From NCBI GenBank assembly GCA_963778655.1, contig CAVZVA010000003.1:672001-736000 (forward strand): a stretch of 64,000 nucleotides of DNA, written 5' to 3'. The notes below the pieces were generated by a model. It was not told the origin of the DNA and did no database searches. It worked only from the letters and a program-made list of their open reading frames with translations. This document shows, in pieces, positions 50,144 to 59,209 of this stretch (the first letter of the stretch is position 1; the number at the start of each line of letters is the position of its first letter). The DNA comes from an uncultured delta proteobacterium (GTDB lineage: Bacteria > Myxococcota_A > Polyangia > Polyangiales > JAFGIB01). The position numbers were made by a program, and so were the translations under genes.

Positions 50144-50758
50144 ATCCGCAACCCTCTCCTTCACCAATCAACCACCAAAACCCCGCCAATAGGTGTAAGC
50201 GATTGCGCACCTCAGATCACGGGGCGAGCGCCTAAATCGTGCGGCTCACCTGCATTATCCTTGCGACCCAATTGGAGGACGCTTGCAACGCAAATTGCCG
50301 CCGGAATCGCCGGCAAACCGCAGACCCGTGGTTGACGCGGCCTCGAGGGATGAAGAGAGAGGGACGGAAAGGGACGGCCTGGTGCTCAAGCGCGCGGGTC
50401 GCGTAAGCGGCATCGGGCAGCGGCATCGTCGCTCTGGCGCACTCGTGCGAATTGGACGATGGGGTGACCTACGCGAACGGCTTCAGCGACCAGTGCTTCC
50501 CAGGCGGCCGCTGCGGCTTCGGACCCTGATCGCGAACGGCCACTGCCTGCAGCCGCGCGTCGAGCGTGGCCCCGATCGCGCCGGACCAGAGAGGATGAAT
50601 CGCATGCGGGCTCCGTGCGCATGCCGCGCGACGCCGAGCTATCCACGCTTGCGGCCGTGCTCTTCGATGCTGGGGTTGTTCTTGGCCTAGAGCGGCCACA
50701 AGCCGAGGGCCCTCTGCCAGCGCATTTGCCAAGGCCGGAACCTGCCCCGGTCAAAGCT

Positions 50759-51217
50759 CTAGAACCGGAACAGTGGGCGGGCGATGTCGAGGCCGGGCCA
50801 GGGGATCGCGGCCAAGGTCAGCAACAGCCACCACAGTTGCGTGACGAACGCGCTCTTGCAGCGTGCCTCGGGCGGCTTGCGCTTGCTGCGCACGCGGCCA
50901 ACATGGGCGATGGCGATCGCGAGCAGCATGGTGGTCGGGTGCTCGATGCCGAAGAAGCGCAGCTCAGGGTTGCTCATCGCCGCGCCCAGGGCGGCGCGCG
51001 CCGCGCCTGCGATCGGGCTCAGCACGAAGTACAGCAACAAACCGAGCAGGAATTGGGTGTCGAGCAGGCCCAGGAAGCCGACCTGCAGGCGCTCGAGCCG
51101 CGCCGACCACGGCTGCTGCGCACGTGTGCCGCGCAGGCAGGCGACCAGCAGCCACAAGCCGACGCCGAGAACCACCCAGCGCAGCCACGAATGGATGAAC
51201 AAGACTGGAACGTACAT
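50759..51217 (-). CDS. Four-TM membrane protein
   Basis: HSWLRW, D.Q.LLG..LY, EHP..M and AIPWP motifs, four hydrophobic segments. Confidence 0.75.
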   Translation of the reverse strand: MYVPVLFIHSWLRWVVLGVGLWLLVACLRGTRAQQPWSARLERLQVGFLGLLDTQFLLGLLLYFVLSPIAGAARAALGAAMSNPELRFFGIEHPTTMLLAIAIAHVGRVRSKRKPPEARCKSAFVTQLWWLLLTLAAIPWPGLDIARPLFRF

Positions 51218-51807
51218 ATCGACACGCATCGCGCTGTGGGCGCGAACCGCGCACGCGAGGTCGTCCGATGTCACGGCGAGCGGGCGCAATCGCGTGCTTA
51301 GAAGCCGGGCGCGGGACTGTCAAGCGCGTGCCCCGGCGCGCGCTCAAGCTGTGCCCGATCCGCCCGCTGTGCGCGGGCGCGCGCGCCGGGTTTGCCCGTC
51401 CGGGGTCCAACCCCGCGGCGATCGATCCTCGCGGCTGTTGAGCGGGGGCCGTCCGGTCCATCCCACGGACCCGGCAACCGCGCCGAAAGACGCGCTGGCA
51501 GATGATCACGGCCGGATGGTCACGGCCGGGTGTCGAGCGGGTCGTGTACGCGGGCCTCGACCCAAGCTCCACGCCGCGTCGGTCGGGTTCGTCGCCTTAG
51601 CCGCCGAGCCAGCTCCGCCACCGGAAGGTCGGCTCCAACACCAAGCGCCGATCTCAAAACCCTCAGCAACCGCCTTCCGGGCGGGACAGCGCCGCCTGCG
51701 GTGTTGCGCGACACTCGAAATATCAAGAAGTGTTCCATCGGTCGCGCGCCTTGCATCGAGCACCGTCGCGCTCCGAAATCCGGCCACGCCGAGTACTGAG
51801 ATCGGCT

Positions 51808-52956
51808 CTAAGGCCCGTCCGGCCCGTTCCCTTCGTGCCCTGGTTTCTTCTTGCCAGGCCGCGAACGCAGCCGTGCGCGCCGCCGCGCGAACGGCGCGAT
51901 CAGCGCAAACACGAACAGCCCACAGAAACGCGCGCCGCCGCGCGTCCCGCCGCCCGCGTGCACCACACTGCAACCCGGATCCTGCGCTTGTCGGCGGGAC
52001 TCAACATCGAGCGAGTACTGCGACATGGTCGTGGTGCCGCCAGTGCCTGCGCTTACGCCGCCAGTTCCGACCTGCATCTGACTCGCCGGCAGCGGCGCCG
52101 GTGGCGCCGCCGGTGCCGCTGCGGGCATGGCAGGCGCAACGGGCACGACCGGCGGAAACGGTGGCGCTGCAGCGCCGGCCTGTGGCAGTGGCGCCATCGG
52201 CGGCGCGAGCATGCCACCGCTTCCTGACACTGCACCCACCCCGCCCGTACCCGCACCGGGCTCTCCGCCCGCGCCTACGCTGGCAGCGCTGGCGCCGGCG
52301 GCGCCCGCACCGCCCGTGCCGGTGGGCATCACGCTCCCGGGGTTAGAACCATCGTTGGCGACCACGTGCAAGAAGCACTTGGCGCAACTCTGCATGTAGC
52401 TCCTGCGCCCGGCGGAGTTCTGCTCGACCGCGGTCAAGCGGCCGCCGGCGTCGATGGTATCGACCACGTTGACGTGGCCGGTGCTTGGCGATGCTCCGCA
52501 CGAGCCCGGCGCAAGCACCATCACATCGCCATGCACGCCCGTGGTGGTCTGCACGACCCCGCTGGTCGCAGGCGGCTGCGAATCGCACCATTGTCCGGCG
52601 TTGCCTCTCGGTATCCAGTCGATCTGCCACTTGAAATATAGATAGCGGTGCGCGAGCTCGGTGCACTGATATCCGCCGCTGTACTGTGTCTTGATCCAAT
52701 CCGGGCCCATCGCCGTCAAGCTGGTATCGACACCGTTGTTCGAATAGATCGCGCTGCCCGCCGCCGCACTGCACTGCGCGTAGGCGGGAATGCCGTCGAC
52801 GTTGCGGTCGGAGGGCACGGTCTCGTTGCACGCGCTGAGCGCGGCAGCGGTCACTGAAACGTTCTCGCCGTCGTTGCCCAGGTCCGCGCAGCCGCCGAGC
52901 AAGAGGCCAGCCAGCATGCAATCCAGCCACCGGACGGGTCTCGACATTGTCGACAT
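51808..52956 (-). CDS. CHAP-domain lipoprotein with MYXO-CTERM-like tail
   Basis: GGAGG RBS, lipobox LGGC. YQCTELA.RY, GNA.QW, GHVNVV and VEQN. C-terminal GCSV plus TM and RRR. Confidence 0.82.
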   Translation of the reverse strand: MSTMSRPVRWLDCMLAGLLLGGCADLGNDGENVSVTAAALSACNETVPSDRNVDGIPAYAQCSAAAGSAIYSNNGVDTSLTAMGPDWIKTQYSGGYQCTELAHRYLYFKWQIDWIPRGNAGQWCDSQPPATSGVVQTTTGVHGDVMVLAPGSCGASPSTGHVNVVDTIDAGGRLTAVEQNSAGRRSYMQSCAKCFLHVVANDGSNPGSVMPTGTGGAGAAGASAASVGAGGEPGAGTGGVGAVSGSGGMLAPPMAPLPQAGAAAPPFPPVVPVAPAMPAAAPAAPPAPLPASQMQVGTGGVSAGTGGTTTMSQYSLDVESRRQAQDPGCSVVHAGGGTRGGARFCGLFVFALIAPFARRRARLRSRPGKKKPGHEGNGPDGP

Positions 52957-53364
52957 TGCGGGCCCTCCTATATAGAAGTCGCGAATCTACGCGACTCTGC
53001 TTCGCAAGCGGCGTTCCAGTCCAGATGTCCATATCGACAGCATTACCAATCGGGGGCAGGTCGGAAGGCTGCCGATGTCGAGACGGTTGGGTCGTAACGC
53101 GTCGATGACCGAAAACCCGGCCACTGCGCCGGCTCGCCGGTGGCACGAGCAGCGCATCGTCACGGCTTCGCGATCGATCAATCTGGCCCCCGGATCGTCG
53201 ACAGGAGCGCCTTAGGCGGCGCCGACGGCTCAGACAGGCCGGCCGGGCAGGCGGCTAACCACGGTGGGTGCCGGTGTCGATTCGGACATCGGAAGCCAGC
53301 GTCCGAGACTGCACCGGGCCCACACCCTTCCGGGAGCCCGCGGTCCGCGGTATGAACCACGGAC

Positions 53365-54354
53365 GTGAACACCAAGCTCTTGATCGACGCGATCGTGCAT
53401 CAGACCACGATTCTGATCGCGCAGTTGTCCACGGCTGCCGGCATCCGGGCCCCTCTCGCGCACGTGGCCGATCAAGTCTTCTTGGAGCTCTCCCGCGAAA
53501 TCGAGGCGCAGGGCGTCTCGCGCAAGGTCGCCGCTGACATGTTCGGGCTCGCGATCCGCACCTATCAGAAGAAGGTGCAGCGCGTGACCGCGGGCGTCAC
53601 CGCGCATGACCACACGCTTTGGCAAGCCGTCCTCGAACACTTGTCGGCATGTGGCAGCACGTCGCGGCGCGAGTTGCTCGCACACTTCCATCGCGACGAT
53701 CCGGTGGTCGTGGCTTCGGTGTTGAACGACCTGGTTTCAAGCGGAGTCGTCTACAAGACCGGCTCCGGCGACACAACCGTGTTCGGCATCACCCAGGAAC
53801 GCGACCTCGCGCGCAGCTTGCGCGAGCAGCGGCGCGAATCGCTCGCGCCGATCTTGTGGATCGTGATCTACCGGGCCGGTACGGTGACGCGTGCGGCGTT
53901 GCGCGAACAGTTGTCGATCGAAGACGACGCGCTCGGCGACGCGCTTGCGATGCTGGAACGCGCGGGTCAGGTGCAGCGTAGCGGCGAGGGCGACGTTGCC
54001 AGCTATCGCGCCGAAACCTTCCTCGTGCCGCTCGAATCCGAGGTCGGTTGGGAGGCCGCTGTGTTCGATCATTTCCAGACCGTGGTGCGCGCGATCGGCA
54101 CCAAGCTGCGTCGGGGCGCGCCGCGCTCGACCGCCGACGATACGCTTGGCGGCGCCACACTCAGCTTTGACATTCATCCCGAACATCCGCATCGCGACGA
54201 AGTGCTCGGCTTGCTCAGGCATGTGCGCGGAATCGCCAACGAGCTCTGGGGTCGCGTGCAGCGCTACAACGAAGCGTATCCCGTGCCGGAGCAGAACCGG
54301 TTTGAGGTCTCGTTCTACTTCGGCCAGTGCGTGACACGCGACGACGAGGATTGA
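53365..54354 (+). CDS. Uncharacterised multi-HTH protein, paralog 1
   Basis: HTH-like KVAADMFGLAIRTYQKK and two wHTH-like segments. Paralog at 59210. Confidence 0.8.
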   Translation: MNTKLLIDAIVHQTTILIAQLSTAAGIRAPLAHVADQVFLELSREIEAQGVSRKVAADMFGLAIRTYQKKVQRVTAGVTAHDHTLWQAVLEHLSACGSTSRRELLAHFHRDDPVVVASVLNDLVSSGVVYKTGSGDTTVFGITQERDLARSLREQRRESLAPILWIVIYRAGTVTRAALREQLSIEDDALGDALAMLERAGQVQRSGEGDVASYRAETFLVPLESEVGWEAAVFDHFQTVVRAIGTKLRRGAPRSTADDTLGGATLSFDIHPEHPHRDEVLGLLRHVRGIANELWGRVQRYNEAYPVPEQNRFEVSFYFGQCVTRDDED

Positions 54355-54355
54355 T

Positions 54356-55159
54356 ATGACTGGGCGCATGACGAAGTTTCTGCGCGCGGGGTTCGTGCTG
54401 GCCTTGACGCTGTCGGCATGCGGCGATCCGCCCCGAACCACGCCGCTGGTCGGCACCAACTCGAACTGGCTGCGCGAATGCGCGAACGACGGCGAGTGCG
54501 ACGATTCAGCCATGTGCCAGTGCAGAGTGTGCACGGCCGACTGTAGTACCGACGAGGACTGCGTGGCCCTGCCCGGCGCGCACTGCGCCCCAGCAGGCAA
54601 CATGGCTGCGATTGCGATCTGCGGCGGGGGCACGGACGGCCTGTGTTTGCCGAGCTGCGCGCCCGGTAGTTGCGGTCAAGACCAAGCATGCGTTGCGCAG
54701 TCGTGTGTGCCCGAGCACTTGCCGGATGTCGCGTTCTGCGCGCAGGCGGGGCACGCGGCGCAGGCGGATCGCACGCATGAGGATGAGCTGTTCGCTATGC
54801 TGCTGAACACGCGAGAGAGCGGCATTTCCGGCTGCGGATCCGCGACCGCCCCGGCGCTGCGCTTCGACGCGCGGCTGGTGTGCGCGGCGCGCGTGCTCGC
54901 GGCGGACATGGCGAAGACGCACGCCCAGAGCTTGACGGATTCGCAAGGCCGCACGACCCAGCAGCGCTTCAACGCAGCAGGCTACGCCGCAACGGTCTGG
55001 GGCGAAAGCTTCGCGATCGATGCGCCGTCGACGGCGCGCGCGGTCGAATTGATGCTCGCCGATGCGTCCATCTGCAAGACGCTCGGCTCGGCCCGGAATC
55101 AGGACATGGGCGTGGGCGTCTCTGGAAACGTGTACGTCGCGGCGTACGGCAGCGAATAG
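54356..55159 (+). CDS. Cys-rich lipoprotein with C-terminal CAP/SCP domain
   Basis: Lipobox LSAC, GTNSNWLREC Cys-rich block. N..R...C...LRFDARL..AA...A.DMA, GES.A and MGVG (CAP-like, His residues appear degenerate). Confidence 0.78.
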   Translation: MTGRMTKFLRAGFVLALTLSACGDPPRTTPLVGTNSNWLRECANDGECDDSAMCQCRVCTADCSTDEDCVALPGAHCAPAGNMAAIAICGGGTDGLCLPSCAPGSCGQDQACVAQSCVPEHLPDVAFCAQAGHAAQADRTHEDELFAMLLNTRESGISGCGSATAPALRFDARLVCAARVLAADMAKTHAQSLTDSQGRTTQQRFNAAGYAATVWGESFAIDAPSTARAVELMLADASICKTLGSARNQDMGVGVSGNVYVAAYGSE

Positions 55160-55396
55160 GCTTGTCGGGGTCCGCATGCTTGCTCCAGAAGTAGGCGCGG
55201 ACGATATCCAGCGCGTGGCGGCCACCGCCGCCCAGCTCGGGAGCCGCGAGAACGTCGTATCGGCCAGGCGGGCGAGGATACGGTTGGCGTAGGCGTGAGT
55301 GACCGGCAGCACCTCCAGAACATCGGTCACAGACACAGCCGGTTTGCCGGCCGACACGAAGGCGTCGACGAGCCCCGCTCCTGGCTGCTCAAGCCG
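55160..55396 (-). pseudogene. Remnant of an AbiEi-like (type IV TA antitoxin) gene
   Basis: N-terminal HTH-like VSVTDVLEVLPVTHAYANRILARLA abuts, in another frame, DVLAAPELGGGGRHALDIVRAYF.SKHADPDK (AbiEi C-terminal-like). Confidence 0.5.
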
Positions 55397-55411
55397 CCTA
55401 CGACGCGTGAG

Positions 55412-55535
55412 CCGGTCGTATCTCACGACAACTGAGAGGAAGCGCGCAACGGCGCGGTGGGTTCAGGCGCCTCCGACGTCGTGCTCGCGAGCGGCACGGA
55501 ATCGACGAGCAACGCGCCGATCTAGACTCCGTGCA
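55412..55535 (+). repeat. 124-bp copy of 61361-61484 (thiolase-like remnant)
   Basis: 5 mismatches in 124 bp by manual comparison. Confidence 0.9.
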
Positions 55536-55662
55536 TCCTCGACACGAACCTGACCGGCAGCTGGAACATGTGTCAGGTCGCGGCACAGAAGTGGATGCTC
55601 GAACACGGCGGCAAGATCGTCGGCATCGTCGCGAACATGTGGCGAGGTTTCCCTGGCATGGT
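55536..55662 (+). repeat. 127-bp exact copy of an internal SDR gene segment (61952-62078)
   Basis: Identical sequence TCCTCGACACGAACC...CCCTGGCATGGT. Confidence 0.92.
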
Positions 55663-55727
55663 TGGCCCTGAAACGCTGGGAGCCGTCGCCGCAGGTGCGG
55701 GTCGACGCGAACGGCGCGGCGCGCCTT

Positions 55728-55765
55728 TAGTTTACATTGACGTAAACTATCTTCCGCAGTAGGCT
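55728..55765 (+). promoter_or_regulatory. Sigma70-type promoter overlapped by a palindromic operator (probably the ArsR site)
   Basis: TAGTTTAC-N6-GTAAACTA inverted repeat containing TTGACG, with TAGGCT 17 bp downstream. GGAGG RBS before 55786. Confidence 0.7.
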
Positions 55766-55785
55766 AGTTGCGGATTGGAGGTGCC

Positions 55786-56265
55786 ATGAAGCCCGTTCCC
55801 GAAGGCTGGCCCAGGATCTCTTCCGCGCTCATCTACGACGACGCCAGGGCGGCGATCGACTGGTTGTGCAAGGTGTTCGGCTTCGAGCTGCGCGTGCTGG
55901 TGGAGACCGGCGATGGCGTGGTGGCGCACAGCGAGCTGGTCATCGGCGAAGGCGTGATCATGATCGCGCAGGCAGGCGCCCGCCCGTACTACAAAAGCCC
56001 GCGCGAGCTCGGCGGCTGCACGCAGTCCTTGATGGTCTACGTCGACGACGTGGACGCGCACTGCGCCAAGGCGCGCGCCGCGGGCGCCCTGATCGACAGT
56101 GAGCCGCGGGTCAGCGACTACGGCGTCGACTACTGGTCGGACCGCAGCTACGGCGTGGTCGACTGCGGCGGCCACCACTGGTGGTTCACGCAGCGCTTAC
56201 AGACCGGCAACCCGAGCTGGAGCAAGGTCCGCAACAAGGTCGATCGCAGCCATCACGAGTCGTGA
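55786..56265 (+). CDS. VOC/glyoxalase-family protein
   Basis: AAIDWL..VFGF, HSEL.IG, VYVDDVDAH..A.AAGA and D..GH.W.F. Confidence 0.88.
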   Translation: MKPVPEGWPRISSALIYDDARAAIDWLCKVFGFELRVLVETGDGVVAHSELVIGEGVIMIAQAGARPYYKSPRELGGCTQSLMVYVDDVDAHCAKARAAGALIDSEPRVSDYGVDYWSDRSYGVVDCGGHHWWFTQRLQTGNPSWSKVRNKVDRSHHES

Positions 56266-56621
56266 CGATGGCGGCGAGCACGGTCGACAAGACGCTGCTG
56301 GCGTTGGCCGATCCGACGCGCCGCGGCGTCATCGAGTTGCTTCGTAGCGGACCGCGCCGCGCGGGCGAGCTGGCGAGCGCACTGCACATGGCCAAGCCTG
56401 CGATGACCCGGCATCTGCGGCTTTTGCGCCAGAGCGGCCTCGTGCGCGAGGAGTCTCCCGAGCACGACGGCCGCGTGCGCGTGTACCAGCTGCGGCGCGA
56501 GCCCTTCAGCGCGCTGCGCGGCTGGCTCGACGAGGTCGAAGCGTTCTGGGGCTTGCAGCTCGACGGCTTCAAAGAGCATGCGGAGCACACGCGCCGCAAG
56601 CGCCGCCGCAAGGCGTCATGA
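56262..56621 (+). CDS. ArsR/SmtB-family transcriptional regulator
   Basis: ALADPTRR, GELA, HL..L..SGLV and GR.RVY.L. GTGA overlap with the upstream gene. Confidence 0.9.
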   Translation: MTMAASTVDKTLLALADPTRRGVIELLRSGPRRAGELASALHMAKPAMTRHLRLLRQSGLVREESPEHDGRVRVYQLRREPFSALRGWLDEVEAFWGLQLDGFKEHAEHTRRKRRRKAS

Positions 56622-57100
56622 GCGCCGCCGAGGTCGCGCGCGTGACCACGTTCGTGGCCGTCTCGCCGGACGACGCGTTCGAGGCGTTCACGGACGACAT
56701 CGACGTGTGGTGGCGGCGCGGCCCGCGCTTTCGCAACGGCGGCGGCCGGAGCGAGCTGTCCTTCGAGCGCGACGCGGAGGGGCGCGGGCAGCGGCTGGTC
56801 GAACGGCTCGCGCATCGCGTGCTCGAAATCGGACGCGTGCTGGCGTGGCAGCCGGGACAGCGGCTCGTGTTCGAGTGGCGGCAGATCAACTTCGCGCCGG
56901 ACGAGGTGACGGAGGTCGAGGTGCGCTTCGAACCGATGGGCGACGGCACCAGGGTCACGCTCGAGCACCGCGGCTGGGACGCGATCGGCGACGATCATCC
57001 CGCGCGGCACGGGCTGCGCGAGCGCGCGTTCGGCGCGATGGTCGGTAAGTACTGGGGTGACCTTCTCAGCGTGTACCGGCAGTACGTCGCGCGCCGAGCG
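56618..57100 (+). CDS. SRPBCC/AHSA1-domain protein (native stop apparently lost; ORF runs on to 57859; end approximate)
   Basis: AFEAFT..I..WW, GRVLAWQP..RL.F.W, TEVEVRF and TRVTLEHRGW. Downstream translation loses protein-like character. Confidence 0.75.
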
Positions 57101-57196
57101 CCAGGGCCTTGCGGCCAGGCTCGTGATCGAAGCTGGAGTGCAGGGCACGCCCCGTTCCTGTGCGTCAGCGAGGGCTACGAGTCTCGGGCGAATTGG

Positions 57197-58010
57197 CTAT
57201 TCAGCCGGCGCGGCGGCGCAATCGAACAACCAGGGACCGTCGTCTGTAGCGAGCACGGCCCGACCTCGACTCAGCGGAGTCACAATGTCCACGCGGTGGT
57301 GGTCGAGCTCGAGGGCTTGCCAGCGATCGCCTTCGAAATGCCAAACGGCTTCGGGTGCGGATACCCACACGTTGTCGGGGCCAGTGCCAGCAACGGACGT
57401 CAAGCGCCGACCGTCCAGATCATGCACGGGTGCAAAGTCGCCGTCTCCCGAGTACGTCACCAAGCCCGACGCTTTGGGGACCACGTAGACCAGATCCACA
57501 TCGGCGGCGTAGAGGCTGACGATGGGCTGTCCGATGTCGTGTCGCGTCCACCGTCCACCAGCGTGCACGGCCATGCGCCCGGTGTCGGTCGCGAGCCAGA
57601 GTTGGTCTCCGGCTGCGGACAGCATGGTCTGCGCAGCTTCGCCGAGGTCGGGACTTTCGTCCGCCCAATTTGTCCCCGGTGCGGACCAGCACGACCACGC
57701 CTCCCTTGGCCTGACCCATGCCAGCGCCCGCAATACCCGAGATCCAGAGCTCGGCCGACGTCCCGAGCACCATGTCGTCGATGTGTAAGTTCGCACGCTC
57801 TGCAAGCGCCACGCCCTGAAGCCCGGCTCCGTCCCAGTGAAACAACTTGGCGGTTGTAGACGCAGCCTCGTTCGCCGCCAGCCAGATGTCGTGATCCGAG
57901 CTGGCAGCCACACCTGGCACCTTCGAGCGGCGCTTCGCGGATGGAAGGAACGGGAGAACCCAGCCGAGCTTCGTCGGGCTGTGCTCGACCTCCTGCTGCA
58001 GCTGGAGCGT
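57197..58010 (-). pseudogene. Frameshifted beta-propeller-like repeat protein remnant (5' end approximate)
   Basis: Repeats DIWLA/HWDG/ELWISG in one frame continue as QLWLA/NVWVS/HFEGDRW in another. Shift near 57670. Confidence 0.55.
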
Positions 58011-58137
58011 TGAGCCTGGCTCGCGGCCCTGCGCCGAAATGCGCCTTTCCGCGCACCCGGGCTTGCGCTCGGAGGGTCGCCGGTCGCCTCGGTGCGTGCC
58101 CCGCCTACCAGCTTGCACCAGATCGTTGTGCCTGTAC

Positions 58138-58590
58138 ATGATGGCGGGGGAGGCCGTTCTGACCACGGACATTTACCGCGGACGCGACCCGCGACTCGTG
58201 CCGATCTACTCGGTGGCTGACGTCGCCCATCACTTGAGGGTCCCGCGGTCCACGGTGCAGGCGTGGGTCAAGAGCCGCGAAGGTCCGGCTCCCGCGCTTG
58301 GTCCGATCATCGAGCGCTACCTCGAGCGCATCGAACGCGATGAAGAGGGCCTGCTGCGGCGCCTTTTCCCGTTTGTCGACAGCAATGACACGCGCCGAAT
58401 CGTTGCGATTGACCCACGCCGCAAGTTCGGGCGCCCATACCTTGTGGACGCTGGTGTCGAGACTTCGGTGATTGCGGGCCGTCGTCGCGCCGGCGAAAGC
58501 ATCGCGACGCTCGCAGCCGACTTCGACACCACGAAGGATTGCATCGAGGGGGCTCTCCGTTTCGAAAACGCGCTCCAAAAGGCAGCTTGA
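58138..58590 (+). CDS. DUF433/VapB45-like antitoxin, apparently with an internal in-frame deletion
   Basis: DPR..P.YS..DVAH.L.VP.STV..W (HTH) and IDPR.KFGRP...AGESI..LA.DF (DUF433). Central domain missing. Confidence 0.75.
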   Translation: MMAGEAVLTTDIYRGRDPRLVPIYSVADVAHHLRVPRSTVQAWVKSREGPAPALGPIIERYLERIERDEEGLLRRLFPFVDSNDTRRIVAIDPRRKFGRPYLVDAGVETSVIAGRRRAGESIATLAADFDTTKDCIEGALRFENALQKAA

Positions 58591-59010
58591 GCCGGTCGCG
58601 ATCCACTACTTCGTCGACCGCTGTTTGGGCTCGCACATCGTCCCTGACGCGCTGCGCGAGGCAGGGATGTCAATTACAACCATGCGGGAGGCCGCCTATG
58701 CGCCGGATACCAAGGACGCCACCTGGATCCCAGAGGTGGCCGCGCGCGGCTGGGTCATCCTGACCAAGGACAAGACGATTCGCCGGGACAGTCTCGAGCT
58801 GGGCGCCGTCCTGGCCGCGCGCGCGTTCTACTTCACGCTCGGGGGCCAGAACTACCTAGCCGATGAGATCGGTGGCGATCATCCTGCATCACCGCACGAC
58901 GATGGAGCGATTGGTGATGCACCGCGATCCACCGGTCGTCGCCCAGCTCAACCGCCATGAGCTCCTGCTGCGCGGTGACGACGGGAAGCTCCGGGTGATC
59001 AAGCGCAAAC
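58587..59010 (+). pseudogene. VapC45-like PIN toxin pseudogene (end approximate)
   Basis: YFVDRCLG, D..WI..V..RGWVILTKD..IR. No in-frame start, and a +1 frameshift near 58870. Confidence 0.72.
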
Positions 59011-59209
59011 CCTGGCTCCTAGCATGCGAAGCTGCCCGATCGGACGTCGCGAATCTGCGATCGGCGTCGATCGCGAATCGCGCAATCGCAATCCCGCGGA
59101 GGTCGGCGCGGCGCTTTGTCCTACCGGAGGAGCACGAGGCTCGCGCTGTCGCGTCCCATGCCGAAATTTTCACTATTCGCCGGCCCGCCCTCGGTCGTAC
59201 TCCTAGTCC

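Noticed and set aside
50312..50342. GGCAAACC...GACGC resembling a c-di-GMP-I riboswitch
   Set aside because: Lacks the GNRA-capped P2 stem and the following AAAG/P3, and has no correctly oriented downstream gene.
50400..50530. Peptide CELDDGVTYANGFSDQCFPGGRCGFGP* as a small gene or RiPP precursor
   Set aside because: No credible start and no modifying enzymes nearby. At most a C-terminal remnant.
51300..51800. Short ORFs between the membrane protein and CHAP genes
   Set aside because: No motifs, no convincing RBS, and mutually overlapping frames.
53141..53156. TGGCACG-N4-GCGCA as a sigma54 promoter
   Set aside because: Correct GG-N10-GC spacing but a poor -12 element. Likely by chance in GC-rich DNA.
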